Assembly (NCBI GenBank): GCA_038562455.1
Contig: JBCFBD010000007.1
Coordinates: 405-64,404 of the forward strand
Direction of reading: 5' to 3'
Length of the DNA: 64,000 nucleotides
Source of the DNA: Anaerolineaceae bacterium
GTDB lineage: Bacteria > Chloroflexota > Anaerolineae > Anaerolineales > Anaerolineaceae
Shown: piece by piece, positions 44,418 through 53,000 of the stretch
Layout of the letters: the number at the start of each line of letters is the position of its first letter
Numbering within the stretch: the first letter of the stretch is position 1
The notes under the pieces: generated by a model
The model's input: the letters and a program-made list of their open reading frames with translations, nothing else
Database searches by the model: none
Told to the model about the DNA's origin: nothing
Made by a program: the position numbers and the translations under genes

Positions 44418-45044
44418 ATGGAAAAAATGCCATTATGGGCAATCGTTCCGGTAAAACCGCTGCGCAGAGGCAAATCACGCTTATCACCGGTTTTATCAGA
44501 GGATGAACGAACCGCATTAAACCAGACTCTTCTCACCAATACTTTAAAAATTCTCTCATCAGTTCCACAGATCGACAGGATTATGGTTGTGAGCCGTGAC
44601 CCGGCCGCACTGACGCTGGCAAGAGATTTTGGCGCACGAACTGTGCTTGAAAATGGCAACCCGGAATTGAATACTGCCTTGAGGCGTGCTTCAATGGTCG
44701 CGAAAACGCACCTGGCAAATGAAATTTTGATCATACCCGCCGATTTACCACTCATCTCCAAGTTCGAAATTGAGGCGTTTCTCAAACGCTCAGGGAATCC
44801 ACCAGAGATCATCATCTCGCCTGACCGTCGCAGGGATGGAACCAATATGCTATATATCAATCCTGCCGGATTGATCCAATTTCATTATGGGACAGGTTCA
44901 TTTCAGAAACACATGGCAGAAGCCGAAACCAGCGGCGCCCGCATTGAAATCGTCGAATCCACCAGCCTAGGACTGGACCTCGACATCCCAGAGGATCTTG
45001 AAATCCTTCAGCAATTGCAGCAGCAGGAACTCAAACCATCTTAA
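44418..45044 (+). CDS. cofC: F420 biosynthesis guanylyltransferase (CofC/FbiD)
   Basis: 208 aa. WAIVPVKPLRRGKSRL and DLPL are present. Confidence 0.8.
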   Translation: MEKMPLWAIVPVKPLRRGKSRLSPVLSEDERTALNQTLLTNTLKILSSVPQIDRIMVVSRDPAALTLARDFGARTVLENGNPELNTALRRASMVAKTHLANEILIIPADLPLISKFEIEAFLKRSGNPPEIIISPDRRRDGTNMLYINPAGLIQFHYGTGSFQKHMAEAETSGARIEIVESTSLGLDLDIPEDLEILQQLQQQELKPS

Positions 45045-45062
45045 TTTACAAGGAGATTACAC

Positions 45063-46061
45063 ATGAAGCAGCGAATGGCTCTTTATCTACAAGATGCGCA
45101 CGATTTAAGAGATGGATTGGATTATGTGAAATACGCCGAGTCACGGGGTTTCGAAGCTGTATGGCAGGCTGAGAGCAGGTTGGTGCGTGATGCAATCGTC
45201 CCGATGGCAGCTTACGCTGCAGTCACCAACACGCTTAAAGTAGGCTCCGGTGTGATCAACAACTGGACTCGTAATATCGGTTTATTGGCTTCAACTTTTC
45301 TCACATTGGATGACCTGGCTCCTGACCGCATCATTTGCGGTATCGGCGCTTGGTGGGATCCGCTCGCACGTAACGTGGGCATCGATCGCAGAAAACCACT
45401 GCTCGCAATGCGGGAAACTGTGACTGTGTTTAAAAAACTGCTCAATATGGAAAATGTTACTTTTCACGGTGAGTTTGTTCATGTGGACGGTATTGAACTT
45501 GACGTGGTACATGGTAGAAAAGAGCCGCGGAACGTCCCCGTGTATATTGGCGCAACTGGCGATAATATGATGGAAATGACTGGTGAGATTGCCGATGGAG
45601 CTGTGCTGAATTATTGTGTTCCACCTGAATACAACCTCCGGGCTTTGGAACTCCTGGAATCCGGGGCAAAAAAGAGTGGCAAATCGCTGATGGACATAGA
45701 CCGCCCGCAATTAATTGTCTGTTCAGTGGATGAGGACCATGATAAAGCCATTGATACTACCAGAGAGTTGCTAACCCAATACCTGGCACAACAACCGCAT
45801 ATCGCCAAAGCTTCGGGCGTTTCCTCTGATGTGGTCGAAAAGATCCAGTCGATTCTTGGATGGCCAGCCACACATGAGCAAATTTCCCACGCCAAACACC
45901 TTGTGCCAGAAGAGTTGATCCTGCGCATCACCGCTTCCGGCACGCCGGTTGAAGCACGAGCCAAGGTGTATGAGTATATCCAGAATGGCTGCACCTGCCC
46001 GATCCTTTACCCCGTCGGTGGCGATGTGCGCCTCTTAATCGATACATTCGCCCAAAACTAA
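45063..46061 (+). CDS. LLM-class (luciferase-like) F420-dependent oxidoreductase
   Basis: 332 aa. The luciferase-like TIM-barrel pattern and its position next to the cof genes support the call. Confidence 0.75.
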   Translation: MKQRMALYLQDAHDLRDGLDYVKYAESRGFEAVWQAESRLVRDAIVPMAAYAAVTNTLKVGSGVINNWTRNIGLLASTFLTLDDLAPDRIICGIGAWWDPLARNVGIDRRKPLLAMRETVTVFKKLLNMENVTFHGEFVHVDGIELDVVHGRKEPRNVPVYIGATGDNMMEMTGEIADGAVLNYCVPPEYNLRALELLESGAKKSGKSLMDIDRPQLIVCSVDEDHDKAIDTTRELLTQYLAQQPHIAKASGVSSDVVEKIQSILGWPATHEQISHAKHLVPEELILRITASGTPVEARAKVYEYIQNGCTCPILYPVGGDVRLLIDTFAQN

Positions 46062-46110
46062 GCAATCTTGCAATTGTAGTTTGAACTTAATCAGAATACC
46101 GGAGAAATTG

Positions 46111-47457
46111 ATGAGTAACTCGCCAATTCACGTAATCGGGCATGTAAATCCTGACACTGACTCCATCGCTGCCGCTATCGGCTACGCGTGGCTGATCCGT
46201 GAGCGAGACGATGTGGATGCCGTGGCAGGTCGCGCAGGTGCAGTAAATTCACAAACTTCCTGGGTGCTCAAGACTCTGGGAATTGAAGCGCCCATACTGA
46301 TCACTGACGCGTCACCGCGCTTTTCTTCGGTGGTACGCAGGCTCGATACAACAACGCCGGATGTGCCGCTCAGAGTCGCGTGGACGCTCGCTAATCGCAC
46401 CGGTGGCATCGCGCCGGTGCTTAACCCTGACGGCACCCCCTTCGGACTGATCACCGGCAGGAGCCTCTTCAACTATCTCGGAAAACTGGTAGGCAGCACC
46501 CTGAACAAGCCGGTGGCGCTGGATAAAATTCTCGACCTACCTTGCGGTGAAGCATCTGACACGGCCGTCTCAAAATACCAGGTCAACGCGAAAATTCGCG
46601 ATGTAATCAACCGGATCTTGCGGGAAGAAGGGGACGAGGTCTGGGTGGTGGATGAAAATGCCGGCTATGTGGGAATTTGCCGCCAAAAAGATTTGTTGAA
46701 TCCTCCCAGGTTGAAAGTGATACTGGTGGACCATAACGAGCCATCACAGAGTGTCGCTTCACTTGAGGATGCCGAATTATTAGAGATACTCGATCATCAC
46801 CGCTTGGGTAACCCATCTACTCACCATCCCATCAAGATGACTGTAGATATAGTCGGCAGTACCAGCACGCTGGTATCGGAAAGGATCGAGGAGTCTGGAT
46901 TGAGCGCGCCGCAACCAATCGCTGGAATTATGCTGGCTGGTCTTTTATCGGACACACTGATCCTGACCTCGCCAACTACCACCGAACGTGACAAGGAAGC
47001 CGCAAAAAGACTCGCGCGGTGGGCGTTCACACCCGGTGGGGTACTCGCCGGTGAAACAATCCAAACGTTTGGCGAAAAGATTCTTTCATCGAGCGCCGGG
47101 CTAGGCAACCGCTCTCCGGAAGAGATCGTCAACACCGACATGAAGATCTACAGCGCAGGCGGTCTTGATTTTGCGATTGCCCAAGCCGAAGTGAGCGACC
47201 TTAACGAGGTAACGAAACATCTTAACCCGCTCAGTGAAGCGCTGCACATGTTGCGCAAGGGCAAAAACCTCGATTTCGCTATGTTGATGGTGACGGACGT
47301 GGTGCGTGGTTCTAGTCGGCTTATCTTCTCGAATCCTCCCGCGGAAATGGAAGAGCTGCCTTATCAGCCACAAGCGGATAACACTAAACTGGCTGAAGGC
47401 GTTGTCTCCAGAAAGAAGCAATTGTTGCCTGTCGTGTTGGGGTTACTGGAAAAATAA
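46111..47457 (+). CDS. ppaC: CBS-domain-containing family II (DHH) inorganic pyrophosphatase
   Basis: Start at MSNSP (GGAG RBS). HVNPDTDS, VDHNE, DHHR and a DHHA2 tail are present, with a CBS pair inserted. Confidence 0.75.
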   Translation: MSNSPIHVIGHVNPDTDSIAAAIGYAWLIRERDDVDAVAGRAGAVNSQTSWVLKTLGIEAPILITDASPRFSSVVRRLDTTTPDVPLRVAWTLANRTGGIAPVLNPDGTPFGLITGRSLFNYLGKLVGSTLNKPVALDKILDLPCGEASDTAVSKYQVNAKIRDVINRILREEGDEVWVVDENAGYVGICRQKDLLNPPRLKVILVDHNEPSQSVASLEDAELLEILDHHRLGNPSTHHPIKMTVDIVGSTSTLVSERIEESGLSAPQPIAGIMLAGLLSDTLILTSPTTTERDKEAAKRLARWAFTPGGVLAGETIQTFGEKILSSSAGLGNRSPEEIVNTDMKIYSAGGLDFAIAQAEVSDLNEVTKHLNPLSEALHMLRKGKNLDFAMLMVTDVVRGSSRLIFSNPPAEMEELPYQPQADNTKLAEGVVSRKKQLLPVVLGLLEK

Positions 47458-47468
47458 CCTGTCATTAA

Positions 47469-48923
47469 ATGGATTCTCAATCGAGAAAACAGGAGCAAGA
47501 CCCAATGTGGAAGTCTTACCTTATCCCTGCTAATCTTCAAGATGCCCTGGAATTGTTGAATTCAGCTCCAAATAACAGTCGCATCGTTGCGGGTTCAACC
47601 GACTTGATACTTGAGATCAAGCGCGGCATCCACCCGGGTATCAGCACGCTCATCGACATATCCCGGGTGCCCGGGCTGGATACGATCACAGAAGACCAGG
47701 ACGGCTCGATTCATATAGGTGCCATGGTTACGCACAATTCAGTTGCGAGTTCGGCGATCATGCGGGAAAAAGCCGCATGCCTGGCTGAAGCGTGCTGGCA
47801 GGTCGGTTCGCCGCAGATCCGCAACCGGGGAACGATCGTGGGTAACGTGGTGACTGCTTCTCCTGCGAATGATACGATCCCTGCGCTAATGGCGCTTGGG
47901 GCGACCATTCGTGTGGCCTCCAAACAAGGGGAACGGATACTTAAGGTTGAAGATCTATTCACGGGTGTGCGAAAAACGGTACTTAAATCGAATGAGATCG
48001 TGAAAGAAGTCATCATCCCAGCGTATGGTGGCGATCACAGGACAACTTTCTATAAATTTGCCCTGCGCAATGCGCAAGCCATCTCACTGGTCAACACAGC
48101 GATTTCAATTGAGATTCAGCCGAATAACACAATTTCCAACGTAGTGATTGCCGTCGGGGCTGTCGCGCCAACCGTGATCCGCTTACGGCAACTGGAATCA
48201 CGCATTGTTGGAACAAAACTGGACCACATCGCAGAAATCGATTTTTCTCGCGTAAATGATGAGATCCGCCCGATCTCCGATATCCGCTCTTCGGATTTAT
48301 TCAGGCGTGACATGACCTCGACGATCATCAAACGCAGTTTTGAAGCACTTGCCGATGCTAACCATCGACCTCAATTGCCAGAGCATCCAGTCACCTTAGC
48401 TACAGGAAACGTAACGGTAGACCCGGTTGACTCTACATATCTCGTGGATGATTCACACGCTATCCTCACGCGCATCAATGGACGCGAGCACATTTTCACC
48501 AATGCCCACCGCAAATCTCTACTCGACCTTATCCGAGAAGACGCCAGATTGATCGGCAGCAAAGAGGGCTGCGCGGAAGGGGAGTGCGGCGCATGCACAG
48601 TCCACATGGACGGCAAAGCCGTCATGGCTTGCCTCGTTCCCGCACCTCGCGCACATATGGCTGAGATCACAACAATCGAAAGCATTTCGGAGAATGGTCA
48701 TTTGCATCCGGTCCAGCAAGCTTTCATCGAAGAAGGAGCAGTGCAGTGCGGATATTGCACGCCGGGTTTCATCATGTCCGCTGTTAAATTGCTCGAAGAA
48801 CGTGAAAATCCAGATAAAAACGCGATCAAAGAATCGATCACTGGTAATCTTTGCCGCTGCACAGGATATTATAAGATCATCCGGGCAATCGAAAAAGCTG
48901 CTTCAGGAGAGGTTCACTCATGA
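47469..48923 (+). CDS. Xanthine dehydrogenase-family FAD-binding subunit fused to a [2Fe-2S] subunit
   Basis: The N-terminal FAD_binding_5-like part has AGSTDL and GNV motifs. The C-terminal part has GCAEGECGACTV and CGYCTPG...CRCTGY. The start may be ATG 47505. Confidence 0.8.
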   Translation: MDSQSRKQEQDPMWKSYLIPANLQDALELLNSAPNNSRIVAGSTDLILEIKRGIHPGISTLIDISRVPGLDTITEDQDGSIHIGAMVTHNSVASSAIMREKAACLAEACWQVGSPQIRNRGTIVGNVVTASPANDTIPALMALGATIRVASKQGERILKVEDLFTGVRKTVLKSNEIVKEVIIPAYGGDHRTTFYKFALRNAQAISLVNTAISIEIQPNNTISNVVIAVGAVAPTVIRLRQLESRIVGTKLDHIAEIDFSRVNDEIRPISDIRSSDLFRRDMTSTIIKRSFEALADANHRPQLPEHPVTLATGNVTVDPVDSTYLVDDSHAILTRINGREHIFTNAHRKSLLDLIREDARLIGSKEGCAEGECGACTVHMDGKAVMACLVPAPRAHMAEITTIESISENGHLHPVQQAFIEEGAVQCGYCTPGFIMSAVKLLEERENPDKNAIKESITGNLCRCTGYYKIIRAIEKAASGEVHS

Positions 48924-49270
48924 CCAAACATAATATGTTTCGCACCGATTTCCCGCCGAAACCCTCAAAACTGCCGATGCATCCCGTCTGGCGGGGCATT
49001 GGCTTGATCTTGATGGTCGTCCTGCCAATCGGATCTTACTTGTTCGCATCAATGCTGATCGAAAACAAAGACCGTTTCAGCTGGGTGATCATTCCGACTG
49101 ATATCGTGCTCAATCGCTATCCGCAAGATCCGATGATCCTCGTGCGCCTGCTGTACGCACTCATCATCCTATTCGCAGTCGCGGCAGTGCTGGCGTTTTT
49201 TACATTCCTTATGTCTTCACTTTTCGGTCCAGCGAAGCACGATCCTTACGATGCGCCACCTGAGAGGTAG
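48920..49270 (+). CDS. Small two-TM membrane protein inside the XDH-like operon
   Basis: 116 aa. There is a 4-nt ATGA overlap with the upstream gene and two clear hydrophobic helices. Confidence 0.5.
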   Translation: MTKHNMFRTDFPPKPSKLPMHPVWRGIGLILMVVLPIGSYLFASMLIENKDRFSWVIIPTDIVLNRYPQDPMILVRLLYALIILFAVAAVLAFFTFLMSSLFGPAKHDPYDAPPER

Positions 49271-49299
49271 GTAAGACCCCCAAAACCAGGAATTTATCC

Positions 49300-51516
49300 A
49301 TGCAAACTATTGGAATCAATCAATTACGCAACGACGCACTGGCCAAGGTAAAAGGTGAAGCGCTTTACCCCGGCGATTACAACCTGCCTGACTCACTGCA
49401 CATGAAAGTTCTGTTTTCTGAGAGAGCTCACGCTGTCGTTAAAAACGTTGACACATCCAGGGCGACGATGGTTCCAGGTGTGGTTATGGTTTTGACCGCT
49501 GCTGATGTACCCATCAACGAGTACGGCTTGGGAACGCCTGATCAACCTGTTTTGTGTGGTCCGGGTTCAAGCAAACCGTTCGCGGATCACGTGCGGTTTG
49601 TTGGTGACCAAGTGGCAGTGGTGATCGCCGAGACCGCCGAGGCAGCTGAGCAGGGGTGTAAAGAAATCGGGGTTGATTATGAAGATCTCCCGGTTGTTGG
49701 GGATATTTATCAAGCACTATCACCCGGTGCAACACTGGTTCATCCGGAACGCGATTCGAACGTTTTCGTGCAGAATAAGGTACGCAAAGGGAATGTCGAA
49801 GAGGCATTCGCGAAGGCAGATGTGATCATTGAGGGCGTGTACAAAACGCCTGTCCAAGAGCATGCCTTCCTGCAACCAGAGGCAGGGGTCTCGTATATCG
49901 ACAAGGAAGGACGAATCACCGTTGTTGTAGCCGGACAATGGACGCATAAGGACCAGGAGCAAATCGCTCATGCGCTCGATGTTGAGATTGAGAAGGTGCG
50001 CGTAATCTACCCGGCGATTGGCGGCGCATTTGGCGGCAGGGAAGACATGTCTGTGCAGATCATCCTCGCCCTTGCAAGCATGAAGCTACAGAAAATAGGA
50101 ATCTCGAGACCGGTAAAGATCGTCTGGTCGCGCGAAGAGTCGATGTTTGGACACCACAAGCGCCATTTTTATGAGATTAAGGCCCGCTGGGCAGCCTCCA
50201 TTGAGGGGAAGCTGTTAGCAGCTGAGGTGGATATTTCAGCAGATGGAGGTGCTTACAACTACACTTCTAACAAAGTGCTGGGTAACGCCACATTGATGAG
50301 CACCGGCCCATATTATTTCCCTAATGTGCGCATAGATAGTCGAGTAATCTATACAAACAACCTCCCAGGCGGGACATTTCGCGGTTTTGGTGGTCCACAG
50401 GGAGCGTTCGCCGCTGAGTGCCAGATGAACAAGCTGGCAGATAAATTGGGCATCGACCCAGTGGAATTGCGCATGCGGAACTTGTTGAAAGAAGGGGACA
50501 CTTTGCCGGTCGATTCCCCCATGCCTGAAGGAATCAGCATCGACAAAGTTGTCGAAACCTGCGCCATCCACGCGGGTTGGAATAAGAATCTCGAAAAGGG
50601 GTATGTCAAACCTGAAATCGCGCAAGCCGGCAGTAAAAAACGGGGAATTGGGTTCGCGTGTTCCTATAAAAACGTTGGCTTTTCATTCGGTGCAAAGGAG
50701 AATTGCTGGGCGATCATTGAACTGCATGGTAAAACCGAGATCGAAAAGGTCATTCTGAGGCACGCCGGCGCGGAGGTCGGGCAGGGATCTCATACTGTCT
50801 TTACCCAGATGGCGGCTCATGCACTGGGTGTGCCTTACGAGCTCGTTGAATTGCGCGCATCGGATACTTCCTTCACCAATAATTCCGGCAGCGTCAGCGC
50901 TTCGCGCATGACCTTTATGGCAGGTAATGCGATTAAAGGCGCTGCTGAGCGAGCATTGGACAAATGGCGCAACGAGGAACGACCAGCAATCGTCGAGTAC
51001 CAATATTTTTCGCCGCCAACCACACCTCTAGACCCCGAAACCGGAAAAAGCACGCCCAACTTCGCATACGGTTATGTGGCTGAAGCAATCGAATGTGAAG
51101 TGGACGAGGAAACGGGTAGGGTTTCAATTGTAAAGGTGCATTGTGCAGACGATGTGGGCAAAGCTATCAATCCAATGTTGATCGAGGGGCAGATTGAGGG
51201 GGCTGTGGTGCAAGCTACCGGATATACCATCCTCGAAAACTTTATCCAATCAAATGGCAGTGTATTGACCGATAAGTTGTCCACATACCTGATTCCGACC
51301 GTGCTTGATATTCCCGGTGAAGTGGATTCGATCATCCTCGAATACCCGGATAAAGTCGGTCCCTGGGGCGTTCGTGGGATGGGAGAAATGCCTTATCTAC
51401 CTTTCGCGCCTGCAGTTATCGCCGCCGTGCACCAGGCGACGGGAGTCTGGTTTGACGAATTTCCACTGACCCCTGAACGAGTATATTTCGCGGTCAAAGC
51501 CGCTAAAAAAGAATAA
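49300..51516 (+). CDS. Xanthine dehydrogenase/aldehyde oxidase-family molybdopterin-binding subunit
   Basis: 738 aa. GGAFGGRED, FRGFGGPQG and GQGSHT motifs are present. Confidence 0.85.
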   Translation: MQTIGINQLRNDALAKVKGEALYPGDYNLPDSLHMKVLFSERAHAVVKNVDTSRATMVPGVVMVLTAADVPINEYGLGTPDQPVLCGPGSSKPFADHVRFVGDQVAVVIAETAEAAEQGCKEIGVDYEDLPVVGDIYQALSPGATLVHPERDSNVFVQNKVRKGNVEEAFAKADVIIEGVYKTPVQEHAFLQPEAGVSYIDKEGRITVVVAGQWTHKDQEQIAHALDVEIEKVRVIYPAIGGAFGGREDMSVQIILALASMKLQKIGISRPVKIVWSREESMFGHHKRHFYEIKARWAASIEGKLLAAEVDISADGGAYNYTSNKVLGNATLMSTGPYYFPNVRIDSRVIYTNNLPGGTFRGFGGPQGAFAAECQMNKLADKLGIDPVELRMRNLLKEGDTLPVDSPMPEGISIDKVVETCAIHAGWNKNLEKGYVKPEIAQAGSKKRGIGFACSYKNVGFSFGAKENCWAIIELHGKTEIEKVILRHAGAEVGQGSHTVFTQMAAHALGVPYELVELRASDTSFTNNSGSVSASRMTFMAGNAIKGAAERALDKWRNEERPAIVEYQYFSPPTTPLDPETGKSTPNFAYGYVAEAIECEVDEETGRVSIVKVHCADDVGKAINPMLIEGQIEGAVVQATGYTILENFIQSNGSVLTDKLSTYLIPTVLDIPGEVDSIILEYPDKVGPWGVRGMGEMPYLPFAPAVIAAVHQATGVWFDEFPLTPERVYFAVKAAKKE

Positions 51517-51525
51517 ACTGTTTCA

Positions 51526-51783
51526 TTATTCAGCGTCAGGCTCTTCGAGCTCGCCAGCCATCATCGCTGCGATGATTTTTTTGGCATCTTGTACATACTT
51601 GGTAGGTACAAGCACATCCACTTCCCCCATCGGTCCCACGCTCAAACCATATGCAGTCCCTGCTGATTCTTGATTAATATAGGCAGGGATTTCAAACGAC
51701 TCTAGGAGAATCCTCACCGACTCTGCCTCCAGTTTTCCGTTGGCGACAAAAACAACTTCATTCCTGATATGTCGTGTGAACAT
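51526..51783 (-). CDS. DUF2007-like small protein
   Basis: 85 aa. EAESVRILLESFEIPAY resembles the putative signal-transducing DUF2007 fold. It overlaps the upstream gene by 26 nt. Confidence 0.5.
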   Translation of the reverse strand: MFTRHIRNEVVFVANGKLEAESVRILLESFEIPAYINQESAGTAYGLSVGPMGEVDVLVPTKYVQDAKKIIAAMMAGELEEPDAE

Positions 51784-52996
51784 TGTTTTTCCCTTTCATT
51801 TGCAAGCGAGTGATGCGCCGTTCCAAATCGCGACGGAACATGAGCGGAACCACTGTTTTGGGTTTTTGTTCCAAAATGGTAGTACACATTTCGCACCATT
51901 GCAAAGCAGTCAAATATTCACGCCGTTTGTGTTCATAATACTTAGCCAATTCCACACAGGCGTAAGGATCGCCCTGCAAGGCAGCGATCTCCCAATGAGT
52001 CAAGGCTTCCGGTAAGCATTTCTTGACCTTGTGGATTTGACCGAGCATTGCATTTACTGATAGCAGCTGCCCGGAGGTTAGTTCCCTGGTTAATACAAGT
52101 TGTGCACCCTTCTCTGCGATGTCGTGCGACCCCAGGTCCCAATAGACCTTACTAATCGCGAGCAGGTCATCCGTGGATATATCCTCATCAGATTGGTCAA
52201 ATTCGAACAATCGGGATATATGGATCATCAACGCAGCCAGTGAGACAATATCCTGGGCATTATGGTAGATCACATCCGATAACTTTGAGGGGTCGTGCGT
52301 GCGAAGGTATTCGAAGTAAATATCCGGGATCATCCACCCAGGCACATCCTCCGAGGAGCGGGGAAAGCCAAGAATGGCAACCTCGAGATCTTTCAAAGTA
52401 CAGGAAGGGAGAGTTTTCCGCCAAAGTTTTCGGGAAATATGCAAAATATCCACGTGGGCAAGATCGCGCAGGAAGACCGGCAACTTGTTCAGCACCAGGC
52501 GATTCTGAACCAGTGGGATATCAAAAGATTTACCGTTGAAAGAAACAAAGATCGTGTCGGGCTTGATCAAATCGGCGAGGTGTAGAAGCATCGCCATCTC
52601 TTCAGACGGGTCATGAATGATCAACTGCTCAAGTAGAAAGCCATCTTCTTTGAAACGCCCTATGCCAATGAGAAATGCAAATGTTCCCGCTCCGCCGGAC
52701 AGACCGGATGTCTCGGTGTCAATGAATAACATGCGTTGCAGCGCATCCGGTGCGTAATCGATGCGGGAGCTATGTTGCAAGGTTTTTGTGTCGATTTTTT
52801 GCGTGAATTTAACATTGCCGTGCTGGTAATCCCAGGCAAAGATTTGATCTTTCTTTATGAATGATCCAGCGGAATTGACGACTTCAACCCCATCGATTGC
52901 ATGTTCCAGGGTCATTTGCTGATCCATTTGAGGCTGCTCGATAGCCACAGCTGGTTTGAACCCGAGCGATTTTAATCGGTCAGATAATGAATCCAT
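51758..52996 (-). CDS. RNase H-fold exonuclease with a C-terminal TPR-like region (YprB/MrfB-like)
   Basis: FIDTETSGL DEDD-type exonuclease motif, with YHNAQD. It lies immediately downstream of the MrfA-like helicase. Confidence 0.65.
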   Translation of the reverse strand: MDSLSDRLKSLGFKPAVAIEQPQMDQQMTLEHAIDGVEVVNSAGSFIKKDQIFAWDYQHGNVKFTQKIDTKTLQHSSRIDYAPDALQRMLFIDTETSGLSGGAGTFAFLIGIGRFKEDGFLLEQLIIHDPSEEMAMLLHLADLIKPDTIFVSFNGKSFDIPLVQNRLVLNKLPVFLRDLAHVDILHISRKLWRKTLPSCTLKDLEVAILGFPRSSEDVPGWMIPDIYFEYLRTHDPSKLSDVIYHNAQDIVSLAALMIHISRLFEFDQSDEDISTDDLLAISKVYWDLGSHDIAEKGAQLVLTRELTSGQLLSVNAMLGQIHKVKKCLPEALTHWEIAALQGDPYACVELAKYYEHKRREYLTALQWCEMCTTILEQKPKTVVPLMFRRDLERRITRLQMKGKNNVHTTYQE

Positions 52997-53000
52997 AATT

